A stretch of DNA of 64,000 bases from assembly GCA_040756235.1 (NCBI GenBank), contig JBFLZG010000137.1:29352-93351 (forward strand), written 5' to 3'. The notes under the pieces are model-generated. The model was not told the origin of the DNA. It was given only the letters and a program-made list of their open reading frames with translations, and made no database searches. The DNA comes from a bacterium (GTDB taxonomy: Bacteria; Desulfobacterota; DSWW01). This document shows, one piece after another, positions 1 through 10,524 of the stretch. Made by a program: the position numbers and the translations under genes. Position 1 is the stretch's first letter. Each line of letters opens with the position of its first letter.

Positions 1-1210
1 GGGGGTCGCGTACGGCGAAGTGGGCGGGGGCCGGGTCGGTGTAGTCGGCCGCGGCGTTGTCCCAGAAGAGCACGTAATCCAGGAGGGAACCCGGGTAGAG
101 CCCGCGGCTGCGCGAGCCCATGACGATGGAGCTCTCGATCGGGCCGGTCTGGCCCGCGGCCAGCACTCCGGCCCCGGTGCTCCCATCACCCCCGCCGCCG
201 ATGCTGGTGAGATGGGACCCTGCGAACGACATCACCTGCATGTTGAACGGGTTGACCCCGGGCTTCTCCGTGTAGGCGATGCAGTCGCGGATCAGGTAGC
301 GCGTGCCCGGGTCGCAGTTGTTGTGATGGTAGAGCTGGTTCGGAGAGCCTCTCTGCCCCGACAGCTGGTAGGCGATGCAGCCCAGCAGGCGGTATCCGCC
401 GTCCGCGAAGGTATCGTCGACGCCGAAGGCCCCGCTCTTGATGACGGCGGACGGGGCGTCCGGGTATTCGTCCCAGGTGCTGATGCAATTCTCGACCAGG
501 CTGCCGGTGGAGCGATACGACCAGGTGATTCCGATCGCATAGGTGTGGAGCGCATCGCCGTCGAGGTGGGTCCATCTGGCGAAGCACCTTCTGAAGGTGG
601 TACGGGCATCTTGATGCCGGCCGAAGATCTTCCGCGCCGGTCCCCAGCCGGCGCAGTCCTCGATCAGGTTCCCGGCCGAATTGCCTACGAAGAAGATGTA
701 GGAGTTGCGCTTGGCCGGCGCATCCCAGGCGCAGACGCGGCGGATGCGGTTGTGGTCGGAGCCCTGATCGATGTGCACGACCCCCCAGGAGCCGGAGCCG
801 CCGGGCGGGCCCGCGCTGCAGGCGTTGATCCCTTCCACGATGAAATAACCGTTGCCCCGGTCGAGTGCGACGGGCCTGCGCAGCATCTCCCCGTCGACCG
901 TCACGCGGCCGTCGTGAAGGGCTGCGATCCGGATCAAGGCATCGGCCCGGCCGCTCAGGCGCGCGGGCGGGCGGATCATCGCGCGCGCGCCGCGGTAGCG
1001 GCCGTCCGTCAGGTACAGCGTGTCTCCGGGGCCGGCGACGGCCCAGAAATCCGCAACCTCAAAAGGGGCGTCGGGAGAGCGGCCGTGGCCGCGGCCGTCG
1101 GGGGATGCGTAGAACGTGGCCGCCGTTGCGGGCCGCGGGAGCAGCAGGCCGGGGAGAAGCAGGACGGCGGCGAGGCGGACCGAAAGGAGCAAGGCGGGCC
1201 TCCGGATCAA
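1..1210 (-). CDS. Secreted right-handed beta-helix (pectate lyase-like/DUF1565-like) protein, running off the window edge
   Basis: Manual translation from TTG at 1210 stays open to position 1 (absent from the ORF track because there is no stop). Signal peptide LIRRPALLLSVRLAAVLLLPGLLLPRPATA, then ATFYASPDGRG..GPGDTLYLTDGRY and repeated 'NLIEDC/LVENC/LIRDC' rungs. Start codon uncertain. Confidence 0.75.
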   Translation of the reverse strand, partial: MIRRPALLLSVRLAAVLLLPGLLLPRPATAATFYASPDGRGHGRSPDAPFEVADFWAVAGPGDTLYLTDGRYRGARAMIRPPARLSGRADALIRIAALHDGRVTVDGEMLRRPVALDRGNGYFIVEGINACSAGPPGGSGSWGVVHIDQGSDHNRIRRVCAWDAPAKRNSYIFFVGNSAGNLIEDCAGWGPARKIFGRHQDARTTFRRCFARWTHLDGDALHTYAIGITWSYRSTGSLVENCISTWDEYPDAPSAVIKSGAFGVDDTFADGGYRLLGCIAYQLSGQRGSPNQLYHHNNCDPGTRYLIRDCIAYTEKPGVNPFNMQVMSFAGSHLTSIGGGGDGSTGAGVLAAGQTGPIESSIVMGSRSRGLYPGSLLDYVLFWDNAAADYTDPAPAHFAVRDP

Positions 1211-1420
1211 GTGCCGGGCCTCCCGTCATCCTGCCCGGAGCGGATCGTGCAGGGTGGCAGAGAGTGGCGTGAGAGGCATGGCGCCTTTCGTATCAGAAGA
1301 CGAAGCAGGGGTCAATGGCTCGGGGGCGCTCGAGAGGGTTCTGCGATGCCGCGTCACGCAGACGCCCGCGGTTGCGGAATCGTCCGTGCGCTGCTGCGCG
1401 CGATGCGGGATTGACGATCC

Positions 1421-2956
1421 ATGGGCTCAGAGCAGCAACATTCCGGGGCAGAGAGGGCGAAGTCGGGCAGTTTCGCCGGCAACGTGGCGAGACTCTCTGC
1501 GGGCGAAGGGGTCGCCCAGATCATCGCCGTCCTCTCGCTCCCCGTCCTTGCGCGGCTCTACGCTTCGAGCGAGTTCGGCATCTTTTCCATTTTCACCTCC
1601 GTGCTGACGATTCTCTTTCCCCTCACCACGTTACGTTACAACAATGCCATGATGCTGCCGGAGAAGGAGAGCGAGGCGGCAAACCTCCTGGCCCTGTCGA
1701 TCGCTGCGGTGCTCGGTTTCGGCCTGCTCGCGGGGTGCGCCGTCGCGCTCTATGTGCTGCTGCCGTCCGTGCAGGCGCGCTGGCCAGTCCCGGCGGCTAC
1801 GGCTTACCTGGCGCTCATGCCTCCTTCCATGATCATCGCCGGCTGCGCGCAGGCCATGATCTTCTGGGCCCTGCGCCAGAAGATGTTCACGCCCATGGCC
1901 GCGTCCAGGGTCGTCGAATCGGTTTCCGACAAGGCGCTGGCGATCACGGCGGGAGCGCTGCTCGGAGGAAGCGCGCTGTGGCTGATCGCGGCAAGAATGG
2001 TGGGGCCGCTGCTGGGCGCCTTCTACCTGGCCCGCACGGCGGTCCTCTCGTCCCTCGGACACTTGCGGCGCCAGGTTTCCCTCCGGGAAATGAGCCGGCT
2101 GGCGCGGCGCTACAAGGACTTTGCGCTCTTCTCCAATTTCGCCTTTCTGATCAACAACCTCTACCGGGAATTGCCGTTGATCTTCCTTGCCGGCCTGTTC
2201 TCGGTCGAGGTGGCCGGCTACTACGGGCTGGCGATGCGCGCGGTGAAGATGCCGACCCAGTTGCTCGGGGAGGCGATCAGCAGGGCTTTTTTCCAACTCG
2301 CTGCCGCGCAGGGCGGCCGCCGGGAAGGGCTTGCGAAAGATACGGTGAAGCTGCTGCGCTCCCTGCTGACCGCTTCTTTGCCCCTGCTCGCGGTGCTGAT
2401 CCTGCTCGGCCGGCCGATCTTCGAGATCCTGTTCGGGTCCGAGTGGCGCGAGGCCGGGCGGTACTGCGAGATCCTGGCCGCCTATGTGCTGGTTTTCTTC
2501 GTCTTCCGGCCGTTGAGCGTCCTTTTCGACGTCTTCGAGAAGCAGCGGGAGAGATTGCTGTTCAACGTGGTCGTGCTGGCCGCTCAGAGCGGGGTGCTGC
2601 TGCTGGGAAGCCGGTGGACCGGGTCTGCCCCGGCCACTTTGATGCTGTTCACCGCCGTCTCCGTGGTGATTCATGCCGCGGGTTGCGGATACTTGCTGCG
2701 GCTGGCGGGAGTGAGACTCGCGGAAGTCTGTGGAATCGTTGCATCCAAACTGGCCGGCATGCTGCCGCTGGCCGTTGGGCTCGGCGTCTCCAGAAGCCTG
2801 CTGCCCGGACATCCCGCAAGCAGCGCGATGGTCCTGGCCACGTGCTTCCTGGCACAGGGCTGGTGGATGGTGCGCCATGACCCCGAAGCAAGAGAGGTGA
2901 CAGGCCGGATTCTGCTCCGGTTCCGCCGGCCCGCTGACGGGCGCCCGAACCCGTGA
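1421..2956 (+). CDS. Oligosaccharide flippase (Wzx/MOP family)
   Basis: 511 aa multi-TM protein; N-terminal 'LSAGEGVAQIIAVLSLPVLARLYASSEFGIF' typical of Wzx-like proteins; EPS context. Confidence 0.85.
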   Translation: MGSEQQHSGAERAKSGSFAGNVARLSAGEGVAQIIAVLSLPVLARLYASSEFGIFSIFTSVLTILFPLTTLRYNNAMMLPEKESEAANLLALSIAAVLGFGLLAGCAVALYVLLPSVQARWPVPAATAYLALMPPSMIIAGCAQAMIFWALRQKMFTPMAASRVVESVSDKALAITAGALLGGSALWLIAARMVGPLLGAFYLARTAVLSSLGHLRRQVSLREMSRLARRYKDFALFSNFAFLINNLYRELPLIFLAGLFSVEVAGYYGLAMRAVKMPTQLLGEAISRAFFQLAAAQGGRREGLAKDTVKLLRSLLTASLPLLAVLILLGRPIFEILFGSEWREAGRYCEILAAYVLVFFVFRPLSVLFDVFEKQRERLLFNVVVLAAQSGVLLLGSRWTGSAPATLMLFTAVSVVIHAAGCGYLLRLAGVRLAEVCGIVASKLAGMLPLAVGLGVSRSLLPGHPASSAMVLATCFLAQGWWMVRHDPEAREVTGRILLRFRRPADGRPNP

Positions 2957-3172
2957 GTCAGCTCCGGCCTTCGGCTCGCCACACGAAACTCTACCGTCCT
3001 TTTCTCGACACCCACGTACGACCCCGCACGGAGAGCCGGCCCTGAAGGTTGCGGCCGACTCCGTGGGATGCGGCCGGTCCCGACGGACCGCGGCCGAGCG
3101 GCCACGGCTGCCGGCGGACCCTGCGACAACCCTTGCCGGCACACACGCGGCAGCGCAACAGGGAGGTGCGAC

Positions 3173-3874
3173 ATGCTGGTTCATCGATGGCAGTTGTCCT
3201 GCAAGCGTCTTATGGACCTTCTGGCAGCAAGCATGGGAGTGACTCTGCTCCTTCCCGTCCTGGCCGTGATCGCCGCGGCCATCAAGCTGACTTCGCCCGG
3301 GCCGATTCTGTTCAGGCAGTCACGCTCGGGGCTAAATGGCCGCCCGTTCCAGGTGCTCAAGTTCCGCACCATGACCACCGACACGCGGCCGGTGGTCGGC
3401 ACGGAAACGCTGGAAGACGACCCGCGGATCACGGCGGTCGGACGGTTCATGCGGAAGACGGGACTGGATGAGCTGCCTCAGCTGTTCAACATTCTTCGCG
3501 GCGAGATGAGCATCGTCGGCCCGCGGCCGCTGCTGCAATGGGAAAACGACATGTGCAACGCGCGCGAGAGGCGCCGTCTGGAGGTCAAACCGGGCATCAC
3601 CGGCTTGTCGCAGATCCACGGGCGCAACGCGATTCCCTGGCACGCGCGCGTGGAATGGGACGTCCGCTACGTGGAGCGGGCCGGCATCCGTCTGGACCTG
3701 TGGATCCTGCTCAAGACGGTCCCGCTCGTGCTCTTCGGCGAGAACGCCTATGCGGACCCGGGGATGGATATCTATTCCGACCCGGCCAATGACAATGACC
3801 CGGCATGCGCACGGGCGGCCGGGGCCGGGGACTCGCAGTGCCTGTCGGGCACCGCGGAACAGGCTCGGCGGTAA
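3173..3874 (+). CDS. Priming sugar transferase (Bac_transf family)
   Basis: KRLMDL, SPGPILFRQ, KFRTM, DPRIT.VGRFMRK..LDELPQLFNIL.GEMSIVGPRP motifs; GGGAGG RBS before ATG 3173. Confidence 0.93.
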   Translation: MLVHRWQLSCKRLMDLLAASMGVTLLLPVLAVIAAAIKLTSPGPILFRQSRSGLNGRPFQVLKFRTMTTDTRPVVGTETLEDDPRITAVGRFMRKTGLDELPQLFNILRGEMSIVGPRPLLQWENDMCNARERRRLEVKPGITGLSQIHGRNAIPWHARVEWDVRYVERAGIRLDLWILLKTVPLVLFGENAYADPGMDIYSDPANDNDPACARAAGAGDSQCLSGTAEQARR

Positions 3875-3901
3875 GACGGACCGGATGCGGAGGGATGCCC
3901 C

Positions 3902-5032
3902 ATGAGTACCGTCCCCACCACCTCAGAAGACCCTTCGGTGGACCGGGCCCGTACCGGCGCGACTCCGGCGGCAGGCCGCTCACCCGTCCGCCCGGCTGCG
4001 GAGATCGCAGATCATGCCGCAGAGAGCTACCAGATCGTTCGAGAGCTGCCGGTCGAGAAATGGCGCAGATTTGTTCTCGATCAGCCCGACGGCAACATTT
4101 TCCACACACCGGAGCTCTTCAAGGTTTTCGAACGCGCCAAGGGCCATGAATCGAGGGTGTGGGCCGTCGTGGACGGCAGATCGGAGGTCCTCGCGATCTT
4201 TCCGCCGGTGAGAATCAGTGTCGGCAAGGCGATGGGGATCTTCGCCAGGAGGGCGGTCGCTTACGGAGGCGCGCTGTGGAACGCGAGCGCCGCCGGCCGG
4301 AACGCTCTGGCCGCGCTGCTGAGGGCCTACAAGCGCGATCCCCGAAAGTCGGCGCTCTTCACCGAGGTGCGCAATCTTTCCGATGCTTCGGCCGGAGGGC
4401 CGATCTTCACCGGGCTCGGCTTCACCTACACGCCTCACCTGAATTACCTGATCGACCTCGACCGGCCCCCGGAAGCGGTCCTCGGCTCGATCGGGCGGCG
4501 CACCCGCAAGAAGATCCGCCATGCCCTGCGCAGCGGGGATGTGGTCGTCCGGGAGATTGCCTCCAGGGAAGAGCTGGCGCCGTGGTACGCCGTGCTTCAG
4601 ACAACGTATCACCGCGCGCGAGTGCCCCTGCCGGACATTTCGCTGTTCGAGGCGGCCTACGATCTGCTTCACCCTCTCGGGATGGCCAAATTCCTGGTCG
4701 CCCAGACGAACGGATCCTACGCCGCCGTCTCGGTCGAGCTGCTTCACAAGGACGTGATCTACGGCTGGTACGGAGGCACCGACCGGAGGTTTTCCAGATA
4801 CAGCCCGAACGAGGTGCTCACCTGGCATATCCTGCAGTGGGGAGCGACTCACGGCTACAAGGTCTACGACTTCGGCGGCGCAGGGGACCCGGATGAACCT
4901 TACGGGGTGCGCGATTTCAAGGCCAAGTTCGGCGGAGAGCTTGTCTCCTTCGGGCGCTATACCCTGGTGCATTCCTCGGTGCTGCTGCCGATCAGCAAGG
5001 TGGGGTATGAAATCTACCGGCGATTTCTCTGA
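3902..5032 (+). CDS. FemAB-like GNAT family acyl/aminoacyl transferase
   Basis: IFHTPE N-terminal motif; C-terminal YDFGGAG...GVRDFKAKFGG. Confidence 0.85.
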   Translation: MSTVPTTSEDPSVDRARTGATPAAGRSPVRPAAEIADHAAESYQIVRELPVEKWRRFVLDQPDGNIFHTPELFKVFERAKGHESRVWAVVDGRSEVLAIFPPVRISVGKAMGIFARRAVAYGGALWNASAAGRNALAALLRAYKRDPRKSALFTEVRNLSDASAGGPIFTGLGFTYTPHLNYLIDLDRPPEAVLGSIGRRTRKKIRHALRSGDVVVREIASREELAPWYAVLQTTYHRARVPLPDISLFEAAYDLLHPLGMAKFLVAQTNGSYAAVSVELLHKDVIYGWYGGTDRRFSRYSPNEVLTWHILQWGATHGYKVYDFGGAGDPDEPYGVRDFKAKFGGELVSFGRYTLVHSSVLLPISKVGYEIYRRFL

Positions 5033-5046
5033 GGTCGTTCAAGCTG

Positions 5047-6210
5047 ATGCCGTCGGAAACCCGCGGCACGCCGGCTGCGCCGGTGCGTGAATCACAGGGG
5101 CCGATGCAAGTCACCCATCTCACGGATCGTCAGCGCGGCACATGGAGCGACTTTCTCGGCCGCGAGCCTGCTTTCGCGCTGCTGCAATCCTGGGAATGGG
5201 GCGACTTCAAAGAGAAGCTCGGCTGGAAGGCGTTTCGCATCGCGGTGACGCTCGCGGGCCAGATCGTTGCGGGAGCGCAGCTCCTGATCAAGCCGCTCCT
5301 TCCTGCGATCGCCAGCCTCGCCTACGTGCCCCGCGGGCCGGTCGGGCGCTGGACGACGGACGGGGAAGCTGCCTCCCTGCTCCTGGCCGAGCTCCACCGC
5401 GTCGCCCGAGAGCACCGAGCCGTCTTGTTGAAGCTCGAGCCGCCTCTGCCGGACGGGGAAGGAGCGGCGGAGGCCCTTGCAGGACGCGGCTTCCGCGCGA
5501 GCCCGTACAACAACCAGCCCCGATCCACGATCATACTCGACCTGGGGGGGGAGCCGGACCGAATCCTGATGCAGATGCGCCAGAAGACGCGCCAGTACAT
5601 TCGCAGCGCGGTGCGTCAGGGGGTTACCGTCCGGGCCGGCGAGGCCGCGGACCTCCCGGACGTCTGTGAGCTCATCCGGATGAGCGGAAAGCGCAAGCGC
5701 TACCCGACGCGCAGCTCCGGCTACTACCAGACCGAGTGGCACTCGCTGCAAGGTCACATCGTGGTCCTCATGGCCTACCTGCACGGCAGGTTGCTGGCCC
5801 TGCGCACGATCTGTTCTTTCGGCAGGCATGCTGCCGAGCTGCACGCGGGATCCGTGGAACACGGCGGCAAGCTTCATCCCAATTACCTCCTCGTGTGGGA
5901 GGGGATCCGATGGGCCAAGTCGCGAGGCTGCCTGACTTACGACTTCTGGGGCGTTCCCGAGCAGGTGGGACAGGACGCGTGCAGAGGCATGGGACCGACC
6001 GCGTCCGAACGGACCGATGATTTGTGGGGAGTGTACCGGTTCAAGCGGGGGTTCAGCAGGAATGTCGTGTCGTACGTGGGGTCGTACGACTATGTCTACA
6101 GACCGATGCTGTACAACCTGGCTTTCAACAGGTATCTGGGCTCGAAGAGAATGGACCTGATCGCCCCCTGGCTGGACCGCGTGCGGACCGCGCGCAGGGC
6201 AGGGCCATGA
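5047..6210 (+). CDS. FemAB/FemX-family aminoacyl transferase (alternative start 5104)
   Basis: LLQSWEWGDFK, YVPRGPV, YDFWG, GVYRFKRGF motifs. Confidence 0.88.
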   Translation: MPSETRGTPAAPVRESQGPMQVTHLTDRQRGTWSDFLGREPAFALLQSWEWGDFKEKLGWKAFRIAVTLAGQIVAGAQLLIKPLLPAIASLAYVPRGPVGRWTTDGEAASLLLAELHRVAREHRAVLLKLEPPLPDGEGAAEALAGRGFRASPYNNQPRSTIILDLGGEPDRILMQMRQKTRQYIRSAVRQGVTVRAGEAADLPDVCELIRMSGKRKRYPTRSSGYYQTEWHSLQGHIVVLMAYLHGRLLALRTICSFGRHAAELHAGSVEHGGKLHPNYLLVWEGIRWAKSRGCLTYDFWGVPEQVGQDACRGMGPTASERTDDLWGVYRFKRGFSRNVVSYVGSYDYVYRPMLYNLAFNRYLGSKRMDLIAPWLDRVRTARRAGP

Positions 6211-6857
6211 GAATCCTGCCGCCGAACAATCCGTGGATCGACCGCGTGACAGATCTGGCTGCGGACTGGCGCTTCGTGCACCTCAGCCGGGGATGGAAGC
6301 CCGGCCTGTCCTGGCTGGGCAGGCAGCTGGCCATGCTGCCGTACCGGCAGCTCCGGTTCTTCGTCCTGTCGCGGTCGCTGGCCGAGCCGATGCCGGAGCC
6401 AGCCCAGAAGATCGCGCTGAAGGTGCGGCCGTTCGCGCCCGGCGACCTCGAGTGGGTGCGGCGGGAGATCTTCCCTTCCGAGGCCCGGTTGTTCCAGCGG
6501 CGGCTGGAACGGGGGCACATGGGCTTCGTGGCCTGTCACGGCGAGCGGATCGTCGGGTACAGCTGGGCCTGCACGGACACCACCCTGGAGCGGCTGGAGC
6601 TGCGGCTCGAACCCGGGGACGTGCTCTTCACCGACTCGTTCACGGTCCCGGCCTTCCGCGGCCGGGGCGTGCAGACGATGCTGTCCCTGGAGCGCCTGTG
6701 CGCGTTTCGCGAGCGGGGATACGCACGGGCGATCTTGTACATCGAGGTGCACAACACGCCCTCCCTGGCGGTCTGGCGCAAGCTCGAGGCGCAGGTTCTC
6801 GCCCGCGTCCGCTTCCGGCGCGTCGGCTGCTGGCGCAGCACGCAACACGACCCCTGA
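6207..6857 (+). CDS. GNAT family N-acetyltransferase
   Basis: ATGA overlap with upstream stop; 'FTVPAFRGRGV' acetyl-CoA loop and 'N.PSLAVWRKL'. Confidence 0.8.
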   Translation: MRILPPNNPWIDRVTDLAADWRFVHLSRGWKPGLSWLGRQLAMLPYRQLRFFVLSRSLAEPMPEPAQKIALKVRPFAPGDLEWVRREIFPSEARLFQRRLERGHMGFVACHGERIVGYSWACTDTTLERLELRLEPGDVLFTDSFTVPAFRGRGVQTMLSLERLCAFRERGYARAILYIEVHNTPSLAVWRKLEAQVLARVRFRRVGCWRSTQHDP

Positions 6858-6864
6858 GACGCAG

Positions 6865-8205
6865 ATGTCGGCAGCGATACGGCGACTGGTGTTGAGGGTG
6901 CACCGGCTGACGGGGCGGCGCGTGCTGGAGCGCCTGGAGGAGCTCAACCGCACGCAGTGGCTGGGACGGGAGAGCCTGCTGCGCCTGCAACGGGCCCGCC
7001 TGCAACAGGTGGTCGCATACGCGCACCGGCATGTGCCCTACTACCGGCGAGTATTCGAGGAGGCGGGATTTCGGCCGGACGATGCGCCCATCGATCCTGA
7101 GGCGTGGCTTCGGATCCCGGTCCTGACCAAGGCGATCGTCCGCGCCCGTTTCCACGATCTCATGACCACCGAGCCGGAGCGCCGCAGAGAGCTGACTGAG
7201 GTGAGGACGTCCGGGTCTACCGGATATCCCCTGGTGTTCATGCAGGACCGCGGCTACCGCGACAGCGTCACCGCCGATATCCAGCGCCACCTCGGCTGGG
7301 CGGGATGGAGGCTGGGCGAGCCGCACGCGTACATCTGGGGCGCGAGCTTCGACGCCAGCCTGCAGCATTCGCTGCGGGCTCGTCTCCTGGACTGGACCTG
7401 GAACCGTTGCGTGACGAACGCCTACCTGATGACCGAGGACTCGATGGCGGCCCTGGCCGGGCATGTACGCCGCAGACGCCCCCGCATCCTCTTCGGCTAC
7501 GCTTCCAGCCTGCAGCGGTTCGCCCGGTTCGTCCGGCGGCAGGCCCTGCAGGACATCTCGTTCGACGGCGTCTTCTCGTCGGCCGAGGTGCTGTTTCCGG
7601 ACGTGCGCCGGCTCATCGAGGAAACGTTCCGCTGCCGGGTCTTCGACCGCTACGGCTCGAAGGATCTGGGCGGCATTGCCTGTGAGTGCGAGGCACACGC
7701 GGGAGTGCACGTCAGCGCGGAAAACAATTACGTGGAGATCCTGCGCGACGGGCGCCCATGCCGCCCGGGGGAGGTCGGCGAAATCGTCGTCACGAACCTG
7801 AACAATCTCGGGATGCCCTTCATCCGGTACGGCATCGGGGATTACGGCGCGTGGAAGAGCGCCGGAGAGTGTCCGTGCGGCCGCGCCGCGCCCATGCTGG
7901 AGGCGGTGCAAGGGCGCATCGGGGACTCGTTCAAGACGCGCGACGGCCGCACGGTCGGGAGCGTATTCGCCGGCTTGCTGGCCGACCCCGGGATCGAGCA
8001 GTTTCAGATCGTCCAGAAGTCGCTCGACCTGGTGGTCGTCCGGCTGGTGAAGCGGGGGGAAATTTCCCCGCGCACCCTGGATCGGATCGCGCGCGCGCTC
8101 CGCACCAGCCTGGGCGAGGGCGTCCGGGTCGTATACGAGTACCCGGAAGCGATCCCGGTGCTGCCCTCGGGGAAGCACCGCGCCATGTTTTCGGACTGTG
8201 AATAG
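6865..8205 (+). CDS. Phenylacetate-CoA ligase-like adenylating enzyme (CapK-like)
   Basis: TSGSTG, DRYGS, PFIRYGIGD, CPCGR motifs; EPS context. Confidence 0.85.
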   Translation: MSAAIRRLVLRVHRLTGRRVLERLEELNRTQWLGRESLLRLQRARLQQVVAYAHRHVPYYRRVFEEAGFRPDDAPIDPEAWLRIPVLTKAIVRARFHDLMTTEPERRRELTEVRTSGSTGYPLVFMQDRGYRDSVTADIQRHLGWAGWRLGEPHAYIWGASFDASLQHSLRARLLDWTWNRCVTNAYLMTEDSMAALAGHVRRRRPRILFGYASSLQRFARFVRRQALQDISFDGVFSSAEVLFPDVRRLIEETFRCRVFDRYGSKDLGGIACECEAHAGVHVSAENNYVEILRDGRPCRPGEVGEIVVTNLNNLGMPFIRYGIGDYGAWKSAGECPCGRAAPMLEAVQGRIGDSFKTRDGRTVGSVFAGLLADPGIEQFQIVQKSLDLVVVRLVKRGEISPRTLDRIARALRTSLGEGVRVVYEYPEAIPVLPSGKHRAMFSDCE

Positions 8206-8294
8206 GGCCGCGTGGCCGGCCGCGCGCCGCACGGGCCTGCGGCTCTCGGCTCTCCGGACCCATGACCGAGATCTTCGATCTTCTCAGGGGGTGA

Positions 8295-8981
8295 ATGATG
8301 AAACGAGATCTGCTTGTGCTGCGATCGTTGCTCCGGCTCGCCGCCGCGATCGTGTTCCTGTTGCTCCCGGCCGCCGAGCTGGCGGGCGAATCCGAGCTTC
8401 CTCCCGTGCCGCTGGGCAGCCCGGGAACGGACTGGCAGCCCGATGCAGGAGACGCCTTGCCCGAGGCGGAGACCGGCGTCCCCGCGGCCCCCGCTCCGCC
8501 GGACTACGTCGTCGGGGCCGGGGACGAGCTCGAGATCTTCGTCTGGCGCAACGACCAGCTCTCCCGCCGCGTGACCGTCATGCCGGACGGCACGATCTCG
8601 CTCCCGTTGATCCAGAAGGTGTCGGCTGCCGGCTTTACGGCCGAGCAGATCCGGGACCGCATCACCGAGCTCTTGAGCGACGACCTCGAGCGCCCCCGGG
8701 TCAACGTGATCGTCAGCGCGACCCGGAGCTGCCGGGTCACCGTCCTCGGACGCGTGGTCAAGCCCGGGGTCTACCCCCTCACCGGCACCACCACGGTGAT
8801 CGAGGCGATCTCCATGGCCGGCGGGCTCACCGAGTGGGCCAAGAAGCGCAAGATCACGGTCATCACGCGGCGGAACGGGAAAGAGGAGAGCGTCCGGATC
8901 AACTACAATAAGATCGTTTCCGGTGAAGACCTTTCCCAGAATCTGGTGCTGCAGCGCGGCGACACGATCGTGGTGCCGTAG
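8295..8981 (+). CDS. Polysaccharide biosynthesis/export protein (Wza-like, Poly_export + SLBB)
   Basis: YVVGAGDELEIFVW, PDGTISLPLI, G.VVKPG.Y, AGGLTEWA, LQRGDTIVVP. Confidence 0.92.
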   Translation: MMKRDLLVLRSLLRLAAAIVFLLLPAAELAGESELPPVPLGSPGTDWQPDAGDALPEAETGVPAAPAPPDYVVGAGDELEIFVWRNDQLSRRVTVMPDGTISLPLIQKVSAAGFTAEQIRDRITELLSDDLERPRVNVIVSATRSCRVTVLGRVVKPGVYPLTGTTTVIEAISMAGGLTEWAKKRKITVITRRNGKEESVRINYNKIVSGEDLSQNLVLQRGDTIVVP

Positions 8982-8994
8982 TCCTGCCTCTTAC

Positions 8995-9195
8995 GAGCTC
9001 TTCTCCCCCCTTTCGCAAAGGGGGGGTGGGGGGATTTCGGATGGAGCAGCCGAGCTCGAAAATCCCCCCTGACCCCCCTTTTTCAAAGGGGGGCAAAGAA
9101 ACCGGCGTCAGGCTCTTTCCCTGAGCTCTTCACCCCCCTTTCGCAAAGGGGGGCCGGGGGGATCTTGGATGGAGCAGCCGAGCTCGAAAATCCCC
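8995..9195. repeat. REP-like palindromic cluster (CCCCCCTTT-N-AAAGGGGGG)
   Basis: Two ~73-bp direct copies (8995-9067, 9123-9195) plus an inverted unit at ~9059-9093. Confidence 0.85.
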
Positions 9196-9219
9196 ACCAA
9201 CCGGAGCGATACCCAGCTC

Positions 9220-10524
9220 ATGAAAAACTCGTCTCCTGTGTATGTCCTCTTTCTGGCCGGCGTTGCCGCCTGCCTGTCCGCTGCGCCGGTCGAAGCGCGC
9301 TGGAGTCTGAAGCCTCGCGTGTATGCCGAAGCACAGTACGACGACAACATCCTCCTCTCTGCAGAGAACGAGCAGGATGATCTCATCACGACCGTTGCGC
9401 CCGGGCTCAGCCTGGCGCACGAGAGCCCGACCGACGAGGTGAACCTCGACTATCAATTCCTGCACTCCTTTTTCCGGGAAAACTCCGAGCTCGACTACTC
9501 GGGTCACATCGGCCGCCTCCGGGCGCACAAGGACTTCGGCCGCCTCGGCTTCGATCTGGCGGAGGTGTTCCTCCGTTCCGAGAACCCGGTCGAGCTTACC
9601 GGGCTCGTCACCTTCGAGCGCCCTTCCCTCCGCCGCGGGGAGAGGTTCCGCTACACCCGCAACATCGTGGCTCCCGAGCTCCGCTTCCGTTTCGGCGAGG
9701 GGCGTTCCGTCCGCCTCTATTACCGGAACAACCTTCTCAGGAACCAGGCCGGGGACGTGGCCGACCAGGACGCACACGCGTACGGCGCCGCCCTGGCATT
9801 CCGGATCAACATACGCAACCGCTTCGACCTTTCCTACGAGCGAGCGGACCGCGACTACGGAGAGATCGTGCCGCCGCAGCCTTCGCGCGACTCCGAGGGG
9901 GACATCGGCCGCATCCGGTACACCCATGCCTTTGACCCGAGGATCGCCGTCTTCACCGAGTACCGCTACGACGGAAGGGATTTCGAGCGGGAGACTCCGG
10001 GGTTTTTCGACTACACGACCCATGACCCGAGGCTCGGGGTGACCTACGAGCTTGACGATCGCACGCGCCTCAGCGCGTCCGCCGGCTATGCCGTTCGGGA
10101 GGCGGAGGAAGGCAGAGACCAGGAGACCTTCTCCGGCCGGGTCGACCTCACGGGGCAGCGCGGGCGCCTGGAGCTCGAGGCATACGGGGAGACCGGCTTC
10201 GACGAGGATTTCGTGAGCGCGGAGCTTCTGGGGTTCTACGAGTTCTGGCGCGCAGGCCTGCGTGCGACCTTCCCGCTACTGGAGCGCCTGTCCCTGGAAG
10301 GATACTTCTACTTCGAGCGTGACGAGTTCGACGACATGGACCGCCGCGACCGGATCCTGAGCGGCCGGGCGACCCTGAGCTATCAGCTTCTCCGGTGGTT
10401 GTCCGTGTCGCTCCACTACCAGCGCATCGAACGGAGCTCCGACGTCTCCTCCGAAGAGTTCGAAGACAACCGCGCCCTCGCCCGGGTCACGGTCGAACAT
10501 GACTTCCTCCAAGAGGCCCCCTGA
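9220..10524 (+). CDS. Outer-membrane beta-barrel protein (EPS-associated, BBP2-like)
   Basis: Signal peptide, 'YDDNI...DDLIT..PG' N-terminus, alternating amphipathic strands; follows the wza-like gene. Confidence 0.8.
   Translation: MKNSSPVYVLFLAGVAACLSAAPVEARWSLKPRVYAEAQYDDNILLSAENEQDDLITTVAPGLSLAHESPTDEVNLDYQFLHSFFRENSELDYSGHIGRLRAHKDFGRLGFDLAEVFLRSENPVELTGLVTFERPSLRRGERFRYTRNIVAPELRFRFGEGRSVRLYYRNNLLRNQAGDVADQDAHAYGAALAFRINIRNRFDLSYERADRDYGEIVPPQPSRDSEGDIGRIRYTHAFDPRIAVFTEYRYDGRDFERETPGFFDYTTHDPRLGVTYELDDRTRLSASAGYAVREAEEGRDQETFSGRVDLTGQRGRLELEAYGETGFDEDFVSAELLGFYEFWRAGLRATFPLLERLSLEGYFYFERDEFDDMDRRDRILSGRATLSYQLLRWLSVSLHYQRIERSSDVSSEEFEDNRALARVTVEHDFLQEAP

Noticed and set aside
20..1414. 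464-aa + strand ORF
   Set aside because: Antisense shadow of the minus-strand beta-helix gene; no recognisable motifs.
8995..9195. Possible CRISPR array
   Set aside because: Only two direct units with near-identical internal sequence, REP-like palindromes and no cas genes.
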